Origin: Lepidodermella squamata
Taxonomy: Eukaryota; Animalia; Gastrotricha
NCBI GenBank assembly: GCA_047495785.1
Contig: JBLDXI010000001.1
Coordinates: forward strand, 372,001-436,000
Reading direction: 5' to 3'
Length of the DNA stretch: 64,000 nt
The position numbers were made by a program, and so were the translations under genes. The number at the start of each line of letters is the position of its first letter. The first letter of the stretch is position 1. The notes under the pieces are model-generated. The model was given only the letters and a program-made list of their open reading frames with translations, was not told the DNA's origin and made no database searches. Of the stretch, positions 1 through 14,499 are shown in pieces.

Positions 1-1555
1 AGCTCCATGCTTGCCTCAAAAGCCTCGGTGCTGTCAACGACACCGAGAAACGAAGTGTTGTAGAGCATGGCATGGATGTAACATGCAGGGACTAACGGCG
101 ATGTATATCGTGGCACGGGAGCCAGTAGGCATGAATATTGATAAACCGGGCGCACAGGTATCTGATGAGGCGCAATTGTTGACAGGCATTTTGACGAATC
201 CTACTTAAGATTAACGAGCGCGCGTGTTTAACAGGAGCAAGGGCTCGCTGGCGCCACAAAAAACACAGCTAGAAAATGTTAAACGACGCACGGCATTAAA
301 CTAAAAAACTCGAATGCTTGTTTTTTATGGAAAAGGCAAAAAAATGAGGTAGGCTGAATGGTGAAAACGGAAAAAACGCGCGAGCGCGTCACTGCGCGAA
401 AACAGAAAGGTGGCCGGATCGCCAATGCCACGATATACGTCCATCTCCGGGCTTGCGCGCGCGTGCAGGAGGCGTGTAGCGTGCAGACAGTTGTATCGAG
501 CCGACACGGCGACAACGGCGGCCGGTGCTGTTTTAATAACGTGTACAGAGTATACTTATTGGTGAAGATGAGCGGCGAAATACAACCGGCAAAGAAGCGC
601 GTCTTGGAAATGAAGTTTGCTATCATTGAAGGCACAGTTCTGACTGTGTTCTTTAGCGAAGATGAGCGTGATGAAAACTACCAAAAGACGCGAGTAATTA
701 TTTCGTTTTCAATGCAAAACCGACTAAAACATCGCCTTGCCAGCTAATTACGTTTACAGCGAAGCTAATATTAATGCTATTATTAATAAGCATTGTGATT
801 ACCATGATTAGCAATGTCAAGGTCGACAGGCCGGCCGTCCCGCGTCAGCCGGGTCGAGCGTTGTTATCATTTGAACAGCAACAAAACTTCACGTACAGTG
901 TTCATTTCTGGGGCCAAAATACTACGCTAAACAAGCAAGTCGCTTACAAACAGCGATGTACCTATACTTATAACTAGAACAGCGAGAGCGGTAACAGTAA
1001 CGGGCATTTTTAATTGCGAGTCGCGCGCGCAGGCTCTAACGCGACTTGCGGCTCATCAGAAACCGGTACTGAGGCTGGCGGCATGAAACAATCGCATGGC
1101 GATGGTCAAAGATGATTCGGAGTCTACTCACAGAAAGAGAGAGAGACACTAGATACCTTAGCAAGCGCGTCCTGTGAGAGCGGCTCAACTTGATTACAGA
1201 CGTAATAAACTAATTTCCGAGTTCGCGAGAGGTCCTGAAAACGGACCCGGGGAAACAGGATGCTGAAAACTTGTAACGCCGTTTTTATCCTAGGGTCGCT
1301 ACGCTGCCGCTGCTGCTGAAAAAGCCGATTCAAGCGTAAACAACGTTCTTGCACTTCATTATCAGCCTCATCATGAGAATAAGTTGTTCGCAAGCGCTTC
1401 AAGGCCGTGTCGTTACGCGCCTGTTCGCGGCCACCGGCTAAAAAGCGGCCACCCGCAGATTCTAAATGCCGATGGTAATCCGAGGCCAAGGGAGCCCGAA
1501 GCTCAATGGCTGATGCCACTAATTGGTGAGTCATCGTATCAACATACGAGGTCAT
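1..1555 (-). CDS. Putative gene of unknown function, 5' part only (exons ~1555-1157 and 200-<1), running off the left edge
   Basis: A 133-codon ATG ORF ends at a phase-0 donor (AAG|gtatct, 1156). An acceptor at 201 (cttaagtag|) opens a phase-0 frame that stays open to base 1 (DSSKCLSTIAPHQ...EASME). No recognisable motif. Confidence 0.3.
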
Positions 1556-4500
1556 TCAAGGTATAAGTTAACACAAAAAATCGGACGGAATGTGTCCAAG
1601 TAACATAGTATCAAGGTCATTTCATCCTATAGTAAAATTAGCTGTAGTATCGCCCTAGAAAAAGAATTAGAGATGATAATTCGCTGCAAAAAACGCGTTA
1701 AGGTGATTAGAAGGGCGATTCGAGGAGCAATAGTTGGTGGTTAACCAGTATAAGGTGGTGGTGGTGGTGGCTGGTGCACGGCGGTGGTGTTAAGGCAGAT
1801 TTTGTTCGCTCGAAAGTTGCGCTCAGCTAAGGCGATTTACGTGACCAGAAGAGTGTTAATTCGACGACGTCAAGGTCTTTCAAGTCAAGCGGCGGCATCA
1901 TCGATTCGCGCGACATAAGCAGGCGGGTTGTTTTTGAAGAAGACACAATGCGTTACGCGTCGTCAAGTCATCGCACCGGCAACGTATTGCCGAGATTTCG
2001 AGCGCGCGCCGTTGAATGAATGGCTTGTCTTGTTAGAAGTGTGAAAAAGTCGATCAGGCAATAATCATAACAACAACAATAAGTAAATAATAACAAAACA
2101 CGGCGTCGACGTCTTCGTCGGAGAGGCGACCCGGCAGCAGGTAGTTACAATAACAACAGCGGGATTCAATCGATCGTGCAATGTTACACGCTAACGATGG
2201 ACGGAGGCGAACGCGAGCACGGGCTTTCGTTTATAACAACAAAAACAATGCGCTTTGATGGCTGGGACCCTCGGAGCACGCGCGCACGAGAGGAGCCGCC
2301 GCCGATGAGGTCCCATTACCGAAGATCGCCCGGCCGGCCACTCGTTACGTGGGGGCCCAGGTTTGAACACGCAAATTGTTTGGTGTTGTGTAAGGTGCGC
2401 GCACAGTCGGAGAGCGCTTGTGCCGCCTTGCCTGGAATGGAATGGGGGCCAGCGCTCTGATGACAAATTGACGCAAGACCGTTTATATCGAGACGTGCAG
2501 GCCGTATTCCTTAGCTATGGCCAGCGTCTAGATTTCATTCGGGCTAAGCAAATTGCGCCAGCGGCACTTCCGACGCCGCTTCTTCGGCCCGATCGCCAGC
2601 TCGCGCCGCTCAAGTACATGCCATCATCATCGGCTGTAATCGACTCTTGAAACAGGTACGTACGACGGCAATGGCCATCGCCACCACAACCAGCATCGCC
2701 CACCTATTTGAATTCGATCGGCGTGTAACTGCCAACTAACCTGGCCGGCCCAATTATGCGATAATAGCCATCACATAGCGCTTCGTTCGTCAAAAGGTGA
2801 CGCGCCAACGGCTCGGCTCACCTCAAATTAATTAAATCAACTACAAGTTACGTAACGTCCTATATAAGAGCAAACAAGCAACTAAGTAGTAGAAAAAAAT
2901 ATTGTAAGCAACACAGCGATGGGACACTGCAAAACACGGGTTATTTATCGAGCTTCGCTTTGATACGTAGGGTCGGGTTTCACTGGTTCAAGAACGGTTA
3001 TTTTTCCACTTTGCAGGCCGTGAACAAGTCGACATGCATTAAACGAGCCCCAGTCAAGCGCATCGAAGTTCGATAGTTGCTGTCACAACACGAATTGTTT
3101 TGATACGGCAGGGCTTAAAAAGTAAGCCGGCTCATCTTGGCCCATAATACGCAGGTGGGCGGGCAATGAGCGCGTAATTATTACAGGCCCGACCGCTCAT
3201 TAAGGCTATGACGCGCCATTGCCGTTCAATATCATGAAGAGAGGGGCTCGATGAGTTGTTTGTGGGCCGGAAAACAAGGCCGAACACAAAAAAAGCCGAT
3301 CAAGACGCAGAGACCAGATAACAAAGCAATCAAGCGCGCTGTGGTAATGATGTTGTAACTGCTGCTGACATGCGGCGGTCGGCCTCAAAACACTCGGGCG
3401 CGCCTGTCATGCCCGTAAAATAACCAAGTGAGCCGGATAATGAGCGGGTATTATCTCCGAACCGACCCAACGACACACAACAATCACGACAATGGTCGGG
3501 TTGGGCGAGTCATCCGAGCTAGGTGACATTCGACGCCGCCGATGGAAAAACAGTCGCCAATAATAGAGATAAGTGATGCTTGGCTCATGTGCGTCGGCGC
3601 ATCTTCTTGGGCCGCACGCTTCGGCTCGAAGAACAATAGCAGTAAGCGGATATCGCTCGATGATAGTTGTTTGAAATAACAACAATAAGCAGGCAAAGCC
3701 CACTTGCGGCTGGCGGTAGGTAATAAAAATGAGGATGATGATGGTGCTGCTGATGAGGATAGCCAACAATGATGAAATGATTTCGCTGTTGTTCCTGAGA
3801 CGATAATGCTGCTGATGACGATAATATTATTATATTATATATAGCTGTTTTGTTGGCCAGTTGACACTGCTAATACTCGTCGCTCATCCATGTACGACCG
3901 GTAGTTGCGTTGAGCGACGCGCTGCCTGTTGAGTACACGGACTGGCCTTTGTAGAACATTGACGGCATGGCCGTGAACGAACGGCTGGGCGTTTACACCC
4001 GGCACCCGAGTCGTCGTCGTCGTCGCCGCCGTCGCCGCCGTCTTGCTCGTCGGTTTGTTTTAACAACGACGCGTTGGATGCGACTGAGGAGACAGGCTCT
4101 TTCCCTCACTACAAGTTCGCCATACTTGCCTTCCTCAGCAGCAAACAGCGGCAGGTAACGGCACTCCTGCGCACCAGTAATAACGTAATAACATAATAAT
4201 AGCCACAATATTTATTGTCGCTTATGTTGTATTTTGCGCACTAATAGAACAACGGAAGCGATCTGCGCCAAAATGACGAGAGGCCGGTGGTCGTTCCCCA
4301 TCGGTAGTACAGTATTACTGGTATTCCGCTTCATCTGCAGGTTCGCCATCCGTGCTGCTGGTGTTTATGTAGTAGATATAGGCTGTTCATCTATACATCC
4401 ATCCATCCATCCATCGTCTTCGGAGGCAGGCGGGCGACGTTGTGGACACACATACAGAAGCTCATTGCAGCGACGCACAAATAATAATAGGGATAGCAAT

Positions 4501-7500
4501 AAGAATAATAATAATAGTAAGGCAAGGCGAGGCAAGGATCAGGTTAACTCAGGGACTTGGGCATACCTGAGACGTGCGGCGACTAATTTGTTTATGTTGC
4601 TGTTGTGGTGTATGAGACACATAAGATATAACTACTATCTATCTGTAAGGTGAAAAGAAGCCGCTTTCTCGCACAGAGGCTGGCACGAACGATAAACGAA
4701 GCAACGGCCACATCACGAGCGCGTCTTCGCCCCACGTGAGGCTAGGTGAGGCGAGGCGAGGCGAGACGATGAACGATGCCATGTTAAAACGCGCACAAAT
4801 AAACACGAGGACAAGCTGATGCGCGCCAACCGGCAAGGGCTTCTCGGCAATTACACTCGTGGCAATTGCCACGTCGTGTCGCTCAGCGCCATACGTATCG
4901 GCGTTGTCTTGTGCGAAAACAAAGCGATGGCGCGCGGGACAACAAGAAAAGATGTTTCACCTACGGCAGCGCGCCTCGCCACAAGGTGTTTGAGGGTTGG
5001 GAACACGTTGCTGGCTTTGCTAATGCGTAGCTGGCCGGTTGTGCGCACAATAACGCGCAGGCTATATTAGTCGTCGCCCGGGTATTTATTTATCTACAAA
5101 ACAGCAGCAGCAATAGGTAGTAGTAAAATGTTTCTCCTGCTCAAGGCACACACGCTTCGAGCACAGGACATGGTGGTCACAAAACACCTAGATGTTTGGG
5201 GCGCGGTCGGCGGTCAACGCTCAGGAAACTAGTTACTTGTAACCTGTGCGCATGATACGCAGCGGCAAGCGTTGTAAACTTGTATTTACGCTAGGTGTGT
5301 AATAACACCAAATTTGTTCTTCTAGTTCAATCGTGCAAAGTTGATAAATAAATACGCGACGAGTGTGCGTCGCGCGGTTCATCAAGGACAGTTCAACAGC
5401 CGCGGAAGCAAAACCGCGCGCGCGCGCGTCGCCGTTTGCGCTTAATAAACGCGCTGCCCGGGCGGCGGCGGCGGCGCGCCTCAAAGACCCTGAGAGCAAT
5501 AAACGAAAGCGCCGGCAAGCGCTGTAAAATCAACACGGGTAATTGAAGGCGAAATTCAGTAAGCGTATTTGCTGCTCCCAAGACGTTATCGCGCCACCGA
5601 CCGCTGCGCATCTTCACCGCGACGCGCTCGCTACACACGTGAGAGCGCGTTCAAGGGCGCGATCGCGTCGCGCGTAACCGCTCGCGGATAAAGTTTGCGC
5701 ACTTCCCAAATTTGACACTCGCTCTTGTAGTGTTTAATTGATAAATAGACGTCGAGCGACTTTGCCAGATACCTGCATCCTATTTATACATCAAATATGA
5801 AATGAAACATTTTCAAGAGCAGAAACTGGGGCGGGTGAGAAGACGGTAGCTGCACCCGAGCGTCGCTCTCGAAACTGCGACTGCATTAATAAGGTTAAAA
5901 ATGCGGCTCAGACAAGTGCGAGTTATAACTTATCTGGGAAAATTTCGCCACCACAGACAAACAATAACAACAACAAGGACAGCATAGGCAGAGTCGCGCC
6001 AGCTTATTTCAAACACGGCTATAAGCTAGGTGTCGCTGACTAATGATCACCTTCCCATCAACATCGGCCGGATACTTTTAACCAGGCCGAGTCCGAATTC
6101 TGCTGTTGCCGTAAACATGTCGTTGCTGAAGGTGATTGGCAGTAATATATAGGACTGTTTACCAATAATAGAGGTCTTGTTTTGGCACCTCATTCGACGA
6201 TAAACACAAGGAGTCGATGATCTCATCAAAAACACACGGGAGAACCAGACTCCGAACCACACACACATACACACGCTCACCTACTACTTCAAAAAGCAAA
6301 ACAACGGATGGGCCAAAATATCCCGTTAATTCTACATATGAATCGCGATGTATTACTTCCAAATGCCACCTAAGTATGCCTAGCGCCTGAAAACAACGTA
6401 GGCTGCCGAATCCACTGATGACGACACGACAAACAATAGCTTGACGGCAAATGGCTGATGAACGAAATTCAGAGAAGGCTCGGGTGGTGTGTAAAAATTG
6501 ATCGATAACCAAACAGATTGTTTATTGGCGTCGAGTTGAGGTAGCTCTAAATGTGAGATATTACCCATCCGCCATTATTTGTTGACGATTCGAATTGGTG
6601 GCTATACGTACTGCACACGACGTTATTTACGCTTGGGCGTGCGATCGATGGACCGAGTTTGCAGAAATCTGCGCACAATCACAAGTCGGCTACAAACATT
6701 CAATATTTTTCGAGTTCGAAGAGCGGGCACCTGAAAGATTGTTACTCGACTTTGTTTACGGCAACAACAATGAAGCCGAAACCCGATGGGTAATTAACTA
6801 ATAAACATCACCCAAACTCTAGACAATTGAGTAAACTAGTGATAAAGTCAACAATGTAGGAAGTCTTCGATTTCAGCCTCAAGGAAAACAATAACAACAA
6901 TCGCAGTTGGGAGAAATTCCCGCAGTTTAAACTATGCATATAGCTCACTTCAGGTATAGGCTTCAACCATTCAATAATGAGAATTCTATTAGCCTAAAGA
7001 GCGCATCAAAGTTGTATAAGATTGGTATATACACATTTATAATAATAACGCGAGCCAGCACGTTTCAAAAGCAAATGAGATGAAGAGCTATAACTTTTTA
7101 AAGGTGGCGCTTTGATGGTCGGCATAGGAGGTGTTGACCGCCACGGTGCCACAGGGCTGTAATTACACAGCGGACCGGGCAGTTTACAGTGGGCTGAGAC
7201 GTCTGAAACTGACCAACTCAGGTGGTTAATCGTCGCATGAAAGATGAAGGTTTAGGCAACGTCAACGGCCAAGATAATGCAAAAAACGTGCCTACAACAA
7301 CAGTTGCCGTAACAAAAAAGTGATAGATTTTGATCAGCCAAGACAGGTAATAAAAATCTGTGATCAGTAAGAACCTGAATCTTATAAAAAATTAGCACAT
7401 GATGCCTTGAGTTTTTGTTCTATGAATAAGTCTCTATTGTTAAAGCGCTGTTTTTTCGTCCGAAAGGCGCCGTAACTTTGGCTAGCAGTAATTCGGGCGA

Positions 7501-8442
7501 TAATAGCGTTTGTTATGTGTTTTATGAGCTTAGGTAGACAAGAATTTTCAATTGAATGCGATTGTTTTTAAACCAATAACTTTAAGTATCGCGAGAGTAA
7601 TCCTCGGCCGTCTACAACTTCCAAATACGTGTAGCTACTACATGACCAGTCAGCATGATACGTGCTGTTAAAATTTTACGCTTTTGTCTTGCCTGCTCTT
7701 TCCCACACGTATTCGCCGAGTGACACATCTCCAGGACCCAACGGCACACACTCCAAGATAGTGAATCACGCGGAACATGACGTTACCGTAACACCTTTTT
7801 TGATTGCCCATGTGATCTTCCCTTGCGAAAGGCATCTACTTGCCCGCTAGAATTCTTCCACGAACCAATTGCTGCTTTATTGCAGCTAATTTTTTTTATG
7901 TCGCATTACAGCCTCCGTCACTTCGATCACCTTTTTCCTTTGTTCTTAACGTGTATCACTTGAACTAGCGACAAGCTGCAACACGCTTGAAAAAATAACC
8001 TGAGTTCTGTGAAAAAAACATTTCTCCTTTTTTTGAACTTGAATTCAACAACTGCACCGAGCCTTTTCATAGCTGACAGTTATCCATATATTCTAGATCT
8101 AATGAGCACCATTAAAAATAGCGTTACAGCACGGCGTTATAAGGCTGCAAATGCACGATGAAAGTCGAGCCACACAAAAATAATGCATAGATTTATTCAG
8201 TTTTCGTTTCATTAAAACACAACAAGAGCCACAATTAATTTCATTCCGCGGACTTGCACCTGATTTTATGTATATATGTATATCACCAGAAATGAAGCTC
8301 AACTCGGGTAGGATAGCGGCGTTGAGGACAATTTGGGCCAGCATGACTCATGAGCAATGAAATTTATGGTTTGTTTTGTTAATTATCTGTAGCCTGTCAG
8401 CAGTGATGAAGAAACTACACACAGAACGTCTTCGATAGACAT

Positions 8443-8972
<530 letters not shown>

Positions 8973-11155
8973 TTGATCAAACAGACTCAGTAAAATTTAC
9001 CCTCTTAGCTGATTTTACACCAACAAATTAATAATAAGACCCTATTGATTGAAATGAAAAAAAACATTCATTCAAACTCATATATTCCAAACTTGACATT
9101 TTTACTGCAATGTTCTGTCGCATCACTAACATAGCAGCTGCAATGCTCAAACAATTATCATTCATTCGCTTTTTCTTTCTTTCACGTTATTAGTTGATTT
9201 TAATAGATAGACGATGTTTCTTCACATGTTATCATCATCATTAATTTTTACAGAAACATTTTATTAGTGGTAGTTCACATCTTTCTTTATTGATTCACGA
9301 ATACATGTCTAGTAACGCACACTAACACACAAGAAACGCACATTTAGACACGGTGATAACGAAAAAACACGCGCAGAGAAAGGGATAGAGCAAGAAATCA
9401 AGTTTGCAGGATTTTGAGGCGAGCAACTCTGTGCACAAGTTATCCGTAGTTGCAGTCTGCACAAAACTTGCCGTAATAAATGTTCATACAATTAAGATGT
9501 ACATATATATGTATAGATAGACGCGCGATTTATCACTAATATACTTATTACTGATATATCTGTTATTTACAAATTTCGAGAAAAATAGTATTAATAAGAA
9601 AATCCGGGTCAATCTTTTCGATATAACACTATACATGATGCATTGTAGACACACGGGTAGGTTCACAGCGAAATACGGCAGAACAATAAGATGAAGATGA
9701 AGCATGGCATTTTCACAGTTCTTCTCCTTCGAAGAGGGAAAAAGAGAGGGAAGAAAGAGGACAATGTTGATTGAACAACAATGCTTTCAGGTATAAACGC
9801 AAAATACAAAACTGCCCTTGGATTTTTACAGGATAATACGGTTACACCAGAAATTTCACATCGGTGTTTCCTCAGTTTATCGGAGAAACTATAAGAACAA
9901 GGCTGTATGGAAGATATTTCCCAATTCAAGTTAACAATAGATTTCGCAATTCGATTTCACATCATTTGTTGTCTAAAATTGCAACTTCAAAAAATACAAG
10001 AGAGGCACGGAATTTCTGAACTAACACAATTTCACGATCTTCAAAGCTGGGATCGCAATTAAAACACAGAACATAACAATAATAGCCAACTTTTTCTTCA
10101 CGAATTTTTTTGTAGATTCAACTGTCAAATCGACAGTTTAAGCGAGAAAAACTACTAGGTGAATAACGACGAGCAACACTGATAAAATCACCGATAATGC
10201 AGTTCGATCATTATCGTCCTCAATAGTCATTTTGATGGCTTTACGGTCAACAACAGTGTGCGCACGATATAAAAATGAACACATACATCAGCCTTGATTC
10301 CATGAATATTACACTGTCATCTACATTCCTCAACTGAACAGAGATTAAAAGACAACCGCAGCGCTGTGAGAAATTAGTCACTTAATTTTAATTGTTTTCA
10401 CCATCTCGAGAACATCAATACAGCAGTATTCAAGGAAACGCGGTGTTGAGTCGTCTACAATAATTTTTCACCTTTCTCTTACAAGTGCCGACAAAAATAA
10501 AACGAAGTTCTCTAAGCTGAAGAAATATTACTGCAGTTATCGAGGTATACAGGCACATTCAACGATAATGATAATAATTATAGTATTCATTTACCAATTA
10601 GAATATTATATCAATTACAATTTTGTATTTTGGGCCTTTGCCAAGAAATTTCGTTCAGCAAAAACGGGGATTTTTTTATCATCAGTTTGGAGGTGTATAT
10701 ATAAGCATTTATTATATATATATAATATTTCTTCATTTTTGTATATCTATATGAATAAGTAAGAATCATTCAGTTTGTTGTTTTTTTTCACTGGGACAGA
10801 GAAATGGCGTGCATTGAAATAGTTTTTCTAATTTTCACTCTAACCCTACGATGAGAACATTTAAATGACGAAAAGAAATAGGAAACCACGACAAAAAAGT
10901 CCAGTTTTCAATGACGATTTTGTAGCATGAATTTTTAATAATAACAGCAATAGCAATAATATTAACAATAACATAGTATACGAGGGCACAGGCTTTGCAT
11001 GGTCAGAACATGGCGCTAAAATGCGCGAGAGAAAGTGCAAAGCTTTTCGTATGATAATAATATTAATATTTTTTCCCCATTTATTTCGAGTCTGGTAGTT
11101 TGATGAACAAAAATGAACAAAATCAATCATTAACAATCTGAAACACGTTAGACCG

Positions 11156-13160
11156 TCATTTGGTGCCATTCGGCGCTTGCTGCGCCAACTGAACCGCTGC
11201 CGAATTCGACGCCGCTTTCTCCTCGTAATAAGTAAAGTCGTCGAATAACGTGGTTTGGCTGCGATAATTATGGAAAATCTTCAACATAGTCACACCGAGG
11301 TCAGCAGGCAGCACTTCCTGCGTATCACGCGACTTGAAAACCGGTTTGCCTTCGTTGTTTTCTAGTGTTATCTCTTTAAATTCACGGAATGGAATGTCCT
11401 GAATCAAAACAGAACCGTCAAAACTGTCTTGTAATTAAATAAGAAATCCACCTTAATATATATCCACTTGACACTGAAGGCACCTTTCCACCGCGGCGTA
11501 CTCCAGCAGCCAGCGTCTTTCTGAAAATCAACTGCCGATGTCATTTGGGCGATGCCACAGAAGTTGCCAGTGTTATTGACGCTGAAGAAGAGGTAAACAG
11601 GTCCCTCGTTTGTGCGGAAGGCGCGATCAAGGCGCTCGTTGCCCCTAACAGTACTGCACCACACTGAATATTTCACTGACGCGAACACGTCGTCTTCGGC
11701 GAAAGATTTGATAATGAAAAATCGAGCGTTATTCGTCTCCATCTGAATAAACAGAACCACGGCGTTAATAACAAACATTCAAATGAATATTTCGGTCTAA
11801 GGATGTCTAGTCGCAATTCGCAATTAAAGATTTTGTTTCCCATGTAAATTTAGTATAGATTCCATTCTTTCAAGCTCATGCATGACTCCTATAACTCATT
11901 CTCGCGCAAATTGAGGAAAACGGAGAATTGATGGAATAAATAAATAAATTCAAACAAACCTTGAACTCTTTCGGATTGTAGTCGTTCTTGCGACATAGCT
12001 CTTCGGCCATTTGGCTTTGAGCATGTTGAATATGTTGCGAGTTGTAGATGGGTTGCAAGTTAATATGAGCCCCAGCACCGCCGAAGCCCCCACTTCGTTG
12101 CGAGTGGTCATCACGCGGGTGAGCCGTGGCGTGGTAAGGCAGGATTCCACCCATGTGACCACGGTGCATGTTACCGCCGTTGCGGTTGTCGAGAGAAGGC
12201 TGGTCGGAAGGTTCGGTTGAAGTCCGCCCGACGTCTAATACAACTGGACCGCCCCGTGAATTACGGCCGTTGCCGCTCGAACCCCAAACGCTGTTGTTAG
12301 GGCCGGTCTGAGTCGGGGCGCTCGCAATGCTTGCCCACGTGCGTGAAGATGGATCGTCCTGACTGTTTGAAGAGCGGTTTGGCTTCCCGTTTCCACTCTG
12401 ATTCTCCGACTTCTCCTGATCATTGGCACCGGTCTCGCTTGTGCTCAACGTCATTTCACGCAGACGTTGGTGAAGTGCATCAGTAAAAGCACCGTTCATC
12501 GGTGACGTTGGACCGCCTTGCTGCTGACCCGGCTGGAGACCTACATTTAATAGCGATTGGAAATTTTGTTATACAAGATAAAATGGTACATTCACAAAAC
12601 TAACCAGGAGGAATGTCATATGCAAACGAAGGGCCACCTAACGTGGGGCCAGAGAGTCCATCAGGCGATGCGAAGCCGAAGCTAGGAAACTGAGACGGAT
12701 ACGCAAATACGATATCGTTAGGACTTTGAAGAGCGCCGTTCCACAGCGCAGGATCCACAAATGCACCAGCACCGCCGTTATTCCAGATGTCGGCAAAATC
12801 GGTACCGTACGAATAGAGGCTCGGAAAGTAATTCGGATTGATTCTTGGGTCGTATACACCAGTCAGCATAGGGTCGACGTATTGTGGTTGAAAGAGTGGT
12901 GGTTGTTGGCTCGAGTTGAAGCGACGCCGATGGCCAGAGCCGCTTTTTTGAGGTTGGAGCAATGGAGGAGGCACCTTGGTAGATTCAGACGCTGTGTTAT
13001 TCTGGCCGGTGGTAGGCGATGCTGACTGATTAGAGTTTCCATTGGTATTGTTATTGCTACTAGAGTTCGCGTTAGTGTTAGCTGCTGTCGAAGCCCCTTG
13101 ATCAGATGACACGGGCGGAGATTCTTGATTCTCAGCAACGGCAGATGGCGAAGTTGACAT
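11156..13160 (-). CDS. YTHDF: YTH-domain m6A reader, YTHDF type
   Basis: Exons 13160-12605, 12540-11960, 11742-11452, 11398-11156. Low-complexity N-terminus, then YNPKEF...ARFFIIKSFAEDD...VWCST...GCWSTPRWKG...SRDTQEV; all three aromatic-cage Trp are present. Confidence 0.93.
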
Positions 13161-13284
13161 ATAAGCTACTTAATTCTCAACAATAAAAAGAAAGGGTGCT
13201 TCTAAACAGTTCAAGAAAAATTCAATAAATGCATGTAAACTTTAGTTGAAAAAATATCACATTTAGAGGAGTAATTTGATTAAA

Positions 13285-14499
13285 TTATTTCTGTTCAACC
13301 GGCTCTCCGTAATAGTTAGTAATTTTAAGATGCGGTAGGGCAGATATCATAGAACTGAAGAGCGCATCATCAAAACTATGACATTTCTCTAATCGCACTT
13401 GATGCAGACGTGGCACACATTTTTCAAACTCAAGATCGAAACTTGAATGCCCTGTCAGCCGAAAGGCCCCGATGACGCTCAGGTATTCTACATTCGAGCA
13501 AGTCTTCAAAATTTCTCCCAATCCAACATCCGATAAGTCAGTCCACCAATCCATTGACAAGTATCGGACGTTTTGGCATACTTTGGCAATGGCCAATGCA
13601 CTTTGATCACCCAAATTCTGACAATCATCGAGCTCCAAACGTCGAATGGAACCCAGCCAATTGCATGTAAGAATATGCTCTCCGATGCTATGGTCATCCA
13701 AGTTAGTGATTTTATGGAGCCTAAGAGCCTCTAAATGTCTGAGTGACTGTAGGATTATGCAGAAGCCATTACTACTCAAGTTCTCAGCATAAGCTATGCT
13801 GAAGTGACGCAAATTCGGAGCAAGATGTAGTGAATTGGTAAATACATCCGTAAGGTTTTCGCCGTCAACGCGAAGTAGAAACAAATTGTGACCAAGGCGC
13901 CTCAAAATATGGAGTAGCCCTAAATCAGTGACGTAAGGATTGCCCTCAATATCTAATTCAGATAAAGCTGGGAATGAATCAGCCAACAGAATTAAGTCAT
14001 CATCAGTAAGAGCACAGCAGTAAGATAAGTTCAACGATCGCAAGTGGTCTCTCAATGGCAACAATGACAACACGCAATGAGGAGATGACAGCGGAGAATC
14101 CGCGAAATTGACATTAGAAAGAAATGGATAGGCAGCCACCAAGCCAGAAATATGTGACGCGTTAATCGTAGAATGCATAACCTCTAGGACAGTACAGCCA
14201 CGGCTGACAAGCTGCTTGATCAATCCAGAGTCATTGTAGACGTCGAATATGTTACTGCACTTTGAAAATGTAATAGCCCTCAGATTGCAAGATTTCCTCA
14301 AGCACTTGGCCACAAAATTATAGCAAGTCTCCGCTTCGAAATTCAACTTCAACCAAAGCCTAGAATCTTCCACAGCCACTCGCCAAGTTCGGCAAACCTG
14401 GCTCGCTTGCATCATGTCTCTCAGAGGCAGAAACTTGAACAAGTTGAACACAATGTCAAGAGGCAGGGATCCCATCGGACTTGATGCTGAGACATCCAT
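13285..14499 (-). CDS. F-box/leucine-rich-repeat protein (FBXL family), intronless CDS
   Basis: N-terminal F-box (LPLDIVFNLFKFLPLRDMMQASQVCRTW) followed by cysteine-containing LRRs (e.g. LRSLNLSYCCALTDDDL). First ATG at 14499. Confidence 0.88.
   Translation of the reverse strand: MDVSASSPMGSLPLDIVFNLFKFLPLRDMMQASQVCRTWRVAVEDSRLWLKLNFEAETCYNFVAKCLRKSCNLRAITFSKCSNIFDVYNDSGLIKQLVSRGCTVLEVMHSTINASHISGLVAAYPFLSNVNFADSPLSSPHCVLSLLPLRDHLRSLNLSYCCALTDDDLILLADSFPALSELDIEGNPYVTDLGLLHILRRLGHNLFLLRVDGENLTDVFTNSLHLAPNLRHFSIAYAENLSSNGFCIILQSLRHLEALRLHKITNLDDHSIGEHILTCNWLGSIRRLELDDCQNLGDQSALAIAKVCQNVRYLSMDWWTDLSDVGLGEILKTCSNVEYLSVIGAFRLTGHSSFDLEFEKCVPRLHQVRLEKCHSFDDALFSSMISALPHLKITNYYGEPVEQK

Noticed and set aside
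3960-4780. Arg/Asp-rich ORFs from (CGT/CGC)n, (CATC)n, (AAT)n and (GAGGC)n tracts
   Set aside because: Simple microsatellites with no evidence of coding or array function.
5229-5250. Possible 7-nt microexon cag|GTTACAA|gtaact (minus strand)
   Set aside because: Weak polypyrimidine tract and not frame-preserving; cannot be supported without RNA data.
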